This document shows, piece after piece, positions 23,942 through 32,364 of a stretch of DNA of 64,000 nucleotides; position 1 is the first letter of the stretch; each line of letters starts with the position of its first letter. The translations under genes and the position numbers were made by a program. Under the pieces are notes generated by a model that did not search any database, had not been told where the DNA came from, and saw only the letters and a program-made list of their open reading frames with translations. The stretch spans positions 32,001 through 96,000 of the forward strand of contig OZ243041.1 in NCBI GenBank assembly GCA_965212055.1, in the 5' to 3' direction. The stretch comes from Fidelibacterota bacterium. Its GTDB lineage: Bacteria; Fidelibacterota; Marinisomatia; Marinisomatales; Marinisomataceae.

Positions 23942-25162
23942 TTGAAAATTTCCACATTCTTTTTCGCAACACTCTTAAGCGGGTGCGCAGCAATAGGAGC
24001 AATCGCTGTTCCGCTTGAATCTATTGACGAACCAAACGGAAAATATGGGGTGGGCACACAAATCCATTTTTGGACAGACTACAGCCGAAGTGAAGTATAT
24101 ACCACGTCCCCATCAGACTTTAGAAGTCTTTTGGTTCAGGTTTGGTATCCTGCAGAAATAAAAACTAACTATCAAAAAACAACCCACCTTGTTTATCCAG
24201 AAAAATCGATAACAAGCATTTCAAAATCAGCAGGAATGCCTTCAAGCTTTGGTAAGCATGGTACTAAATTAATGTCAAACGCTGTTCAAGGAACGAGCGC
24301 AATAAGAGACAAAAAATTTCCTTTAATACTTTTTTCTCACGGCAACAGTGGCCTATCTACACAAAACCTTTCCCAGGTTGAAGAGCTGGTGAGCAACGGA
24401 TATATTGTTGTTGCCTGTAACCACACCTACAACTCATCGATTACATTTAATAAAAAAGGGGACCCCATTTTGTTTAAAAGAAACGTTACGTGGGATGAAC
24501 AGGCTTCCTACCATCGAAAATATTACACTCGCCAACTTATTGAATATCGATATCAAGACATTTCTTTTATTGTTGGTGAGCTTGCCAAAGAAAAATCTCA
24601 GGAAAATATCCCAAACCAATATCTTTCTTTAATTGATTTTAGCGCAATTGGAATAATGGGACACTCAATGGGCGGAGGCACAAGCTACTATGCCCTGTTG
24701 AATGATGAACGAATTAAGGCAGCCCTTGCTCTTGACGGGTGGTTTTTTGCGCTTAGCGAAGAGGATGCAAAAACAAACACCAACAAACCTTTTATGCATA
24801 TCGGCCAAGAAGAATTTTTAGATCCAAGCATTCCTGGAGACATGAACAACTCAGAAGACGGGAGGGAAAACCTAAAAATTTACAACCTTATCTTAGCAAA
24901 CAATTCCCCGTCTTATGAAGTGTATATTAAAAACAGCTTACACTACACATTTACAGACTTAAAACAGGTTTATGTTTCAGACAGTCCTCTTGCAATACCG
25001 CTGCCCTATTTAGGAAAGGTTGATAAAGCGCTTGTTAAAAACACGATTAACGCATCAATGATGAATTTTTTTGATGCAGCACTTAAAAACAAACAATTCC
25101 AAAAAAACACTTATGACAAACACAAGAATGAAGTAATTTTTATTAATAATGAAAAAAACTAA
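23942..25162 (+). CDS. PAF-acetylhydrolase-like alpha/beta hydrolase, probable lipoprotein
   Basis: GKYGVG, VQVWYPA, FPLILFSHG, nucleophile GHSMGG, LDGW, HYTFTD; lipobox-like LLSGC; start uncertain (TTG 23942 or GTG 23915). Confidence 0.85.
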   Translation: MKISTFFFATLLSGCAAIGAIAVPLESIDEPNGKYGVGTQIHFWTDYSRSEVYTTSPSDFRSLLVQVWYPAEIKTNYQKTTHLVYPEKSITSISKSAGMPSSFGKHGTKLMSNAVQGTSAIRDKKFPLILFSHGNSGLSTQNLSQVEELVSNGYIVVACNHTYNSSITFNKKGDPILFKRNVTWDEQASYHRKYYTRQLIEYRYQDISFIVGELAKEKSQENIPNQYLSLIDFSAIGIMGHSMGGGTSYYALLNDERIKAALALDGWFFALSEEDAKTNTNKPFMHIGQEEFLDPSIPGDMNNSEDGRENLKIYNLILANNSPSYEVYIKNSLHYTFTDLKQVYVSDSPLAIPLPYLGKVDKALVKNTINASMMNFFDAALKNKQFQKNTYDKHKNEVIFINNEKN

Positions 25163-26588
25163 AAACATATTAACCCTTCTTTTGATAACAACCATTATTT
25201 TTGCCCAAGAACGACCAGTTCATACCTATTCGATTGTTGCTATTGATAAAGAATCCGGTCAAATGGGAGGCGCCGTACAAAGCCATTGGTTTTCTGTTGG
25301 TTCGTTGGTGTTGTGGGCCGATCCCGGAGTTGGAATTGTTGCCACACAGTCTTTTGTTCGTCCAGAGTATGGTCCAGAATTGTTAAATATGTTTTCTAGA
25401 GGAGTTTCTCCACAGCTTGCCCTTAACATGCTTTTAAAAAAAGATTCTGAACAAAATGTTCGACAAATAGGTGCTGTTGATACCAAGGGACGGTCTGTTA
25501 CTTTTACAGGAAAAGATTGTATTATATATGCTTCTGGGCTTCAGGGTGACGGGTATGCCATTCAGGCCAACATTATGGCCAACCCCGGTGTTCCAGAGGC
25601 CATGGAAAAAGCCTACCTATCTACAGAAGGGTCTTTGGCAGACAAGCTTTACGCCGCCCTTGTTGCTGCAGAAAACATAGGTGGGGATTTGCGCGGAAAA
25701 CAGTCAGCTGCGATGCTAGTTGTTCCACTAGACAAAGTAGACAACTTGCTTAGCTCAAAAATTTATGATATTCGCGTAGACGACTCTTCTGATCCTTTGT
25801 CAGATCTAGATAGATTAATGCGCATTCAAAAAGCATATATTTTTGCCAACGAAGGGGACGTTTTAGCTGCCGAAGGAAAACTACAAGAAGCGCTGGATGC
25901 TTACAACAGGGCATCAGAACTGTATCCGGAAAACGTTGAGCTCTTATTTTGGGGGGCAGTGATTCTTTGTACGGATGATAAGTTTGATATTGCAAAGCCT
26001 ATGTTTGAGAAAATTTTCAAGGCTGATCCAGACCTAAGAGAAATGATCCCTCGACTTGAAAACCATCCAATGTTTCCGTTAAGCAAAGACATGGTTAAAA
26101 AAATCCTAGACATTGCACAAAAAAAAGTAAACAATAAAAGCTTGGGCGAGATGTCGAATAATTTTAAACAAGTTTCAGGCATTGGTTATACAGATATGAC
26201 CAATGCAGACATTAGGAGTTTAAAAAATTACCACATTTATAAAGACCTAGACTATGACGATGCATGGACATATCCAGAAGAAGAAAGTTATATAAAATAT
26301 ATTAATCGCATCGTTTCTGTAAAAAATCCTTTCAAAAAAGGCGAACCTATGCAGGCAGACATACAAGGGTATGCTCTGAATGAAAAAGGAGAAAGATATA
26401 CTCTGCCATTTAGAGATTTAGACACAGGAATAACAACAAATGAATATAGAATAGCGTTTCCTGCTGACTATTTAAAAAGCCTAGGAATGACAGATAGCGA
26501 CCTGTCCCACATGATAGAAAAACCTTATGAATTTCTTAAGTACTTACAAGTGAACAACACGTCGCACAACAAAGGACATTACAAATGA
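25149..26588 (+). CDS. DUF1028 family (Ntn-hydrolase-like) exported protein with TPR region and an unrecognised C-terminal domain
   Basis: Signal peptide, HTYSIVA, GGAVQSHWFSVGS, VATQS, GGDLRGKQSAA, DIRVDD; TPR-like helices at about aa 225-320. Confidence 0.85.
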   Translation: MKKTKNILTLLLITTIIFAQERPVHTYSIVAIDKESGQMGGAVQSHWFSVGSLVLWADPGVGIVATQSFVRPEYGPELLNMFSRGVSPQLALNMLLKKDSEQNVRQIGAVDTKGRSVTFTGKDCIIYASGLQGDGYAIQANIMANPGVPEAMEKAYLSTEGSLADKLYAALVAAENIGGDLRGKQSAAMLVVPLDKVDNLLSSKIYDIRVDDSSDPLSDLDRLMRIQKAYIFANEGDVLAAEGKLQEALDAYNRASELYPENVELLFWGAVILCTDDKFDIAKPMFEKIFKADPDLREMIPRLENHPMFPLSKDMVKKILDIAQKKVNNKSLGEMSNNFKQVSGIGYTDMTNADIRSLKNYHIYKDLDYDDAWTYPEEESYIKYINRIVSVKNPFKKGEPMQADIQGYALNEKGERYTLPFRDLDTGITTNEYRIAFPADYLKSLGMTDSDLSHMIEKPYEFLKYLQVNNTSHNKGHYK

Positions 26589-28009
26589 GTAGCAAACCAC
26601 AGAACAAAGGCCTAAGGTGGGGTCCGTTTGTAGCAAGAATTCCATTTATACATATTAGGTTTAGAGCCGCAGAATTTTTTCAAGGAATAGCAATCTCTGG
26701 CGCAACAGCCTTTGCTGGCGTTCCTATTGTAATGGGGATGGGCCTAACTTTTGAAGAAGGCGTTGCTGTTTCTTTAATTGCTGGAACACTGATTGCTGCT
26801 GGCCCTATTTTGTTTGGGGTTCCTTTTGCGCCTGGATGGATTACGCCAGCCTACCCAATCGTTCTGACTATTTTTGCAACAATGGGGTATTATTCACCAG
26901 GCGGGGTAGAATATCAACCTGAAACTTTCCAGTTTATGGCCGCCTTATGTATAGAGTTCACCTTGTTGGTTGCTATCTTAGGAATGACAGGCTTAAGCGG
27001 TAAAATTGTTAACAATATTCCCAACACATTAAAGTCAGGGATTATTTTAGGAGCCGCAGTAGCAGCGTTTTACCAGGTGTTTTTTAAAGAGTTTGATTCT
27101 AGGTATATGGAACAACCCATAGCCATGACAGTCGCTTTGACGATATGTATACTTACTACTTTTTCAGATCCGTTTAAACGGTTAGCATCATCAAATAAAA
27201 TTTTTCAAAAAATAAGTTCGCTAGGCCTCCTTTCAGGCTTTTTAATAGCAGCAGCAGTTGCTTATCTTTTTGGCGAAGCTACGCTTGGCGAGATTGGTGG
27301 TAGAGGAATATATCCAGAAGGCATTAGCTTTGGTCTTACATTTCCAGAGGTTGCCAAGCTGTTTGAAAGAACCTCTCCTTTTTCAATTGGGTTTCCAACG
27401 CTAAAGATGTATTTAGGGGCTTTGCCACTAGTAATAATCGGGTACATCCTTCTTTTTGGTGATATTATTACAGGAAAAGCAATTTTGAATGATGCCGAAA
27501 AAGAAAGACCAGACGAACCTCTAAATGTTGATGTTAATAAAATTCATTTATCAATAGCGCTTAGAAATTTTCTTGGCCTAATTGCTAATCCAAACTTCCC
27601 AACACAGGGAGCTTTGTGGACCGGTGTTCACGTTGTGGTTGCCGAAAGGTGGAGAAAGGGGCCCAAAGAGATGCCTTCAATATTTGATGGATTGGGATCT
27701 TATTATTTGATGGCAATTCCGTTGCTATATGTGTGGCAACCCTTTATAGTTTTTATGGGGCCTTTGATGGGCATAGCTCTAAACCTAACGCTGGTGTTAA
27801 CCGGATTTGCCTGTGCTTATGTGGCGCTTGCTATACCTAAGACAAACGCCGAAATGGCTTCAGCGTTTCTAATAGGTCTTCTTATAGCTTTTTCAGGAGA
27901 ACAAGTTTGGCAGTTTAAGGTTGGTGGCGTAGATGCAAACCTGTTTGTTGCTTTATTGATTGGAATATTGCTTAGTGTTTTTGTAGCTGGGTCTAATAAA
28001 AAGCAATGA
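26585..28009 (+). CDS. Multi-pass membrane permease (possibly NCS2/DUF3360-like)
   Basis: About 12 hydrophobic segments, PGWITP, KSGIILGA, YILLFGD; family assignment tentative. Confidence 0.55.
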   Translation: MSSKPQNKGLRWGPFVARIPFIHIRFRAAEFFQGIAISGATAFAGVPIVMGMGLTFEEGVAVSLIAGTLIAAGPILFGVPFAPGWITPAYPIVLTIFATMGYYSPGGVEYQPETFQFMAALCIEFTLLVAILGMTGLSGKIVNNIPNTLKSGIILGAAVAAFYQVFFKEFDSRYMEQPIAMTVALTICILTTFSDPFKRLASSNKIFQKISSLGLLSGFLIAAAVAYLFGEATLGEIGGRGIYPEGISFGLTFPEVAKLFERTSPFSIGFPTLKMYLGALPLVIIGYILLFGDIITGKAILNDAEKERPDEPLNVDVNKIHLSIALRNFLGLIANPNFPTQGALWTGVHVVVAERWRKGPKEMPSIFDGLGSYYLMAIPLLYVWQPFIVFMGPLMGIALNLTLVLTGFACAYVALAIPKTNAEMASAFLIGLLIAFSGEQVWQFKVGGVDANLFVALLIGILLSVFVAGSNKKQ

Positions 28010-29364
28010 CCCCATCAATTAGTCGCCGAAACTTCATCAAAACAACAGCAATAACTGGGCTTGCTGCCTCAATAATGCCAACCGCCCTGCTTGGAGGTTC
28101 TTCTCAAAAAATACAAATAGGAGTAATTGGTACCGGGTTTCGCGGTCAATGGGTTTCACAGCTTTTGTTAAGCCGCCCCGATGTGGACATCCCAGTAATT
28201 TGTGATATTGATGATATCATGATTGGAAAAGTTTTAAAAATATTTGAAAAAGCTAACCGCCCTGTGCCAAAAATATACAAAAATGGACCAGAAGATTTTC
28301 GGAACATGGTTGCAAACGAAGATTTAGATGGGGTGTATATTGCTACCCCATGGGAATGGCACCACCCCATGGCCATTGCTGCAATGAAAAATAACATGCA
28401 TGTAGGAACAGAGGTTCCGGCAGCTATTACTGTTAAAGAATGTTGGGATCTAGTTAACATATCTGAAAAAACCGGAAAACTGTGCATGATTATGGAAAAT
28501 GTAAATTATCGAAGAGATGTTATGGCAGTTCTTAATATGGTGCGCCAAGGACTGTTTGGTGAGTTGCTTCATTGTCAGGGAGGATATCAACATGATTTGC
28601 GTCATGTTAAATTCAATGACGGCGTTGGGGCATATGGCGGCGGCGTAGAGTTTGGGGACAAGGGTTTTTCAGAGGCGCGATGGAGAACACAGCACTCTGT
28701 AGACCGAAACGCCGACCTTTATCCTACGCACGGACTAGGGCCTGTAAGCACTATGCTAGACATTAATCGCGGCAACAGAATGCTTTCGCTCACGTCTACC
28801 GCAACCCAGTCTCGTGGACTTCATAAGTATATTGTAGGCCTTGGGGGCGAAGACCATCCGAATACAAAAGTAGATTTTAAATTGGGAGACATAGTTACAA
28901 CAGTAATTAAGTGTGTCAAAGGACAAACAATTGTATTAAGCCACGATACAAATTCACCTAGACCCTATTCTTTAAATTTTCGCGTTCAAGGCACACAGGG
29001 GTTGTGGATGAAAGACAACCGCTCTATTTATATAGAAGGCATGAGCCCGAGCGAACATCAGTGGGAACCAGATGAAGCATATTTAAAAAAATATGACCAC
29101 CCTTTGTGGAAAAAATTTGAAGACCAAGCTGCTGGTTCAGGACATGGGGGCATGGATTTTTTTATTGTCCACGCATTTATAGAAACATTAAAAGAAAACC
29201 AACCTCCAGTAATTGATGTTTATGATGCCGTGAGCATGAGCGCAATAGTGCCTTTATCGGAAAAATCCATTAAACTAAACAGCACCGCAGTAAAAATTCC
29301 TGATTTTACACGAGGAAAATGGAAAACAAACCCACCTATTTTTGGTTTGGACGAAAGATATTAA
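28006..29364 (+). CDS. Tat-exported Gfo/Idh/MocA oxidoreductase, GH109-like NAD+-dependent alpha-N-acetylgalactosaminidase
   Basis: SRRNFIK twin-arginine signal, IGVIGTGFRG Rossmann motif, IATPWEWH, EVPAA, MENVNY, LYPTHGLGP, GHGGMDF. Confidence 0.9.
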   Translation: MTPSISRRNFIKTTAITGLAASIMPTALLGGSSQKIQIGVIGTGFRGQWVSQLLLSRPDVDIPVICDIDDIMIGKVLKIFEKANRPVPKIYKNGPEDFRNMVANEDLDGVYIATPWEWHHPMAIAAMKNNMHVGTEVPAAITVKECWDLVNISEKTGKLCMIMENVNYRRDVMAVLNMVRQGLFGELLHCQGGYQHDLRHVKFNDGVGAYGGGVEFGDKGFSEARWRTQHSVDRNADLYPTHGLGPVSTMLDINRGNRMLSLTSTATQSRGLHKYIVGLGGEDHPNTKVDFKLGDIVTTVIKCVKGQTIVLSHDTNSPRPYSLNFRVQGTQGLWMKDNRSIYIEGMSPSEHQWEPDEAYLKKYDHPLWKKFEDQAAGSGHGGMDFFIVHAFIETLKENQPPVIDVYDAVSMSAIVPLSEKSIKLNSTAVKIPDFTRGKWKTNPPIFGLDERY

Positions 29365-31104
29365 ATGATTTTATCTCCATTGGACTGGTGTATTGTCGCC
29401 GCCTATTTTATATTTTCGCTTCTTGTGGGCGTTTGGGCCTCTAAGCGCGCCGGCCAAGATACAAGGTCGTTTTTTTTAGCTGGAAGAAATATGCCCTGGT
29501 GGCTTTTAGGCATTAGCATGGTGGCAACTACATTTTCTACAGATACACCAAACCTAGTAACAGAGCTAGTTCGCAAAGACGGCGTAGCGGGGAACTGGAC
29601 TTGGTGGGCATTTTTATTAACAGGGATGTTAACAGTTTTTGTTTATGCTAGGCTCTGGCGCCGCTCCGGCGTGCTTACTGATATTGAGTTTTATGAATTG
29701 CGTTATAGCGGAAAAGCTGCAGCTTTTCTACGAGGTTTTCGTGCTTTATACTTAGGATTAGTTTTTAATGTTTTGGTAATGGGCGCCGTCAGTTTAGCAG
29801 CTGTAAAATTTGGTGAAATTGTGTTAGGCCTACCTGGGTGGATAACGCTTTTGGTTGCTTGTTCCATTACGTTGGCATATTCGACACTAGGAGGGCTTAA
29901 AGCTGTTATTATTACAGATTTTGTTCAGTTTGTTCTAGCCATGGTTGGTTCAGTTTGGGGAATGCTTTATATCGTTAGGCTACCAGAGGTTGGAGGAATA
30001 TCCAAGCTCATTACACACCCAAATGTAGTTGATAAAATTGCATTAATTCCAGACCTGTCTGACCCAAACCTATGGGTTCCAATTTTGTTGATTCCTTTGT
30101 CGGTGCAGTGGTGGGCCAGCTATTATCCTGGTTCGGAACCTGGCGGTGGTGGGTATATTGCCCAACGCATGTTTTCTGCTAAAGACGAAACCAACGCTGT
30201 TGGTGCCACTTTTTTATTTAATGTGGCTCACTATGCCTTGCGTCCATGGCCATGGATTCTTATAGCTTTATCGTCCCTCATTATTTTTCCGGAACTAACC
30301 GATCTCAAAACTGCATTTCCTGATCTTTCCGATGACAAACTTGGCCACGATGCGGCTTACTCTGCTATGCTTACCTTGTTACCCTCAGGGCTTTTGGGCC
30401 TGGTTGCTGCTTCGCTTATCGCAGCTTTTATGAGCACGATGTCTACTCAATTAAACTTAGGAGCGAGCTATTTAGTAAATGATTTCTATCACCGGTTTGT
30501 TAATCCTGATGCATCAGAAAAACAGCTAGTGCTGGCCGGGCGACTATTTACAGTGGTTTCCGTCTTTTTAGGTGCTGGGCTAGGGCTTTTGCTTACCAAT
30601 GCCAAACAAGCCTTTACATTGTTACTTATGATTGGTGCTGGCACAGGCCTCATTTATATTTTGCGTTGGTTTTGGTGGCGAATTAATGCTTATACTGAAA
30701 TTGTTGCAATGATTAGTTCGCTTGTTATTGCGGGATATTTCAATTTTTTTATTAATGACAAACTAGAAGATTGGGAAAAAATTACTATTGGTGCAGTGCT
30801 TACTACTTTTATTTGGGTGGTTGCAACGTATTGTACGCCGCCAGACGACGAAAAAACATTACGAAACTTTGTTAAAAAAGTTAATCCTGGTGGACCTGGA
30901 TGGAAAAAGTATGCCGACAACAACGCCTCAAGCGAACCTTGGCCAGTTCCAAGCGGAATTCTTTGTATGGTGTTGGGCTGCATAGCCACCTACAGTTTTC
31001 TTCTAGGTGTTGGTCAATTAATTTATGGCCAAATAGAGTCGGGAATCCTAATTTGTAGTTTAGGGGCCATTGCATCTTTCGGCCTATTTAAATTATGGAA
31101 ATAA
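29365..31104 (+). CDS. Sodium:solute symporter (SSS family)
   Basis: FFLAGRNMPWW, SMVATTFSTD, GGLKAVIITDFVQF, AQRMFSAKDE, AAFMST. Confidence 0.93.
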   Translation: MILSPLDWCIVAAYFIFSLLVGVWASKRAGQDTRSFFLAGRNMPWWLLGISMVATTFSTDTPNLVTELVRKDGVAGNWTWWAFLLTGMLTVFVYARLWRRSGVLTDIEFYELRYSGKAAAFLRGFRALYLGLVFNVLVMGAVSLAAVKFGEIVLGLPGWITLLVACSITLAYSTLGGLKAVIITDFVQFVLAMVGSVWGMLYIVRLPEVGGISKLITHPNVVDKIALIPDLSDPNLWVPILLIPLSVQWWASYYPGSEPGGGGYIAQRMFSAKDETNAVGATFLFNVAHYALRPWPWILIALSSLIIFPELTDLKTAFPDLSDDKLGHDAAYSAMLTLLPSGLLGLVAASLIAAFMSTMSTQLNLGASYLVNDFYHRFVNPDASEKQLVLAGRLFTVVSVFLGAGLGLLLTNAKQAFTLLLMIGAGTGLIYILRWFWWRINAYTEIVAMISSLVIAGYFNFFINDKLEDWEKITIGAVLTTFIWVVATYCTPPDDEKTLRNFVKKVNPGGPGWKKYADNNASSEPWPVPSGILCMVLGCIATYSFLLGVGQLIYGQIESGILICSLGAIASFGLFKLWK

Positions 31105-32165
31105 CTACTCCAGGGCGAATTTGTCTTTTCGGTGAACACTCCGATTATTTGGGGTTACCGATTATTGCAATGGCTATTTCTTTGCGAGCCAAAATTTCAG
31201 GACAAAAAAGACCCGATAATCAAATTATTATTCATAAACCTGACCTCAATGAAACAGAAGCTTTTTCCCTTGAAGACTTGAGCTACACCAAGCCACGCGA
31301 CTATTTCAAAAGTTGCCTTAAAGCATGTCAAAACGAAGGGCTGGTTTTTTCATCTGGGTTTGAGTGTGAGGTTAGTAGCCAAATACCAATTCGTGCAGGG
31401 GCCAGTAGCTCCTCTGCTATTAATGTGAGCTGGATTCATTTTTTGTCAAAAATGGCTGATAATCCAATTGAATGGACTCAGGAAAAAATTGGGAAACTAA
31501 CCTATCAAGCGGAATCAACCGAATTCAACGAACCTGGCGGAATGATGGATCAATATACAACCGCTATGGGAAACATCATCCATCTGGAGTCAGAACCAAC
31601 CATTTCCATCCAGTCGTTAAATCCAGAATTAGGTTCGTTTGTGTTGGGAGACTCAGAACAACCAAAAGACACAATGGGAATCTTAAAGCGCTTAAACGAT
31701 TCACGAACGGAAATACTTAATCTATTACAGGCCAAAAATCCAACCACCAATATCCACACAATGGATAACGACACCAACCTTTCTGACTTAAACACTGAAC
31801 AAAAAAATATATATAAAGGAACGGTTCAAAATCGGAACTTGCTACGCAAAGCGTTGGTAGAGCTAGAAAAAAGTAAACCAAACTATCAATTAATTGGTAC
31901 GCTTCTTACCGAACTTCACGCGATACTAAGAGACATATTTTGTATTAGCACCCCCAAAATTGAATCAATGCTCGACGCAGCAATGAGTGCAGGTGCTTTG
32001 GGAGGAAAGATTACTGGATCAGGCGGCGGAGGGTGCATGTTTGCTTATGCCCCAAATCATCCAGAAAAAGTTGCTGAAGCCATCGAACAAGCAGGGGGGA
32101 AGGCATTCATTGTTCATTCCGATGCCGGAACTCAATCGCTTGATCAAATGAATATTGCGAAATAA
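31095..32165 (+). CDS. GHMP-family sugar kinase (galactokinase-like)
   Basis: PGRICLFGEHSDY, IPIRAGASSSSA, GGMMDQY, GGKITGSGGGGC. Confidence 0.88.
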   Translation: MEITTPGRICLFGEHSDYLGLPIIAMAISLRAKISGQKRPDNQIIIHKPDLNETEAFSLEDLSYTKPRDYFKSCLKACQNEGLVFSSGFECEVSSQIPIRAGASSSSAINVSWIHFLSKMADNPIEWTQEKIGKLTYQAESTEFNEPGGMMDQYTTAMGNIIHLESEPTISIQSLNPELGSFVLGDSEQPKDTMGILKRLNDSRTEILNLLQAKNPTTNIHTMDNDTNLSDLNTEQKNIYKGTVQNRNLLRKALVELEKSKPNYQLIGTLLTELHAILRDIFCISTPKIESMLDAAMSAGALGGKITGSGGGGCMFAYAPNHPEKVAEAIEQAGGKAFIVHSDAGTQSLDQMNIAK

Positions 32166-32183
32166 AATAATACAAAAAATCTG

Positions 32184-32357
32184 TTGACATCCAAAAAAAC
32201 TATAACCAATTTATGTTGATTTAGCTTTTGAAGGGATACGGGTCCCTTGAAAGGCGTATATATTTTATTATATACATTAATATATATAAGGGTAAGAAAA
32301 ATAATAAAATGAATAACAACAAATTAAAATTTGTTTATACAATTACTCATTTGGAGG
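32184..32357 (+). promoter_or_regulatory. Promoter/leader of the TBDR operon: TTGACA at 32184, stem-loop 32224-32255, inverted repeat 32318-32335, SD GGAGG 32353-32357
   Basis: Motifs read directly from the sequence; the -10 element is ambiguous. Confidence 0.45.
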
Positions 32358-32364
32358 TAGAATA

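Noticed and set aside
32166..32364. Cobalamin or TPP riboswitch, or tRNA, upstream of the TBDR
   Set aside because: No B12-box, TPP core or cloverleaf/T-arm consensus visible
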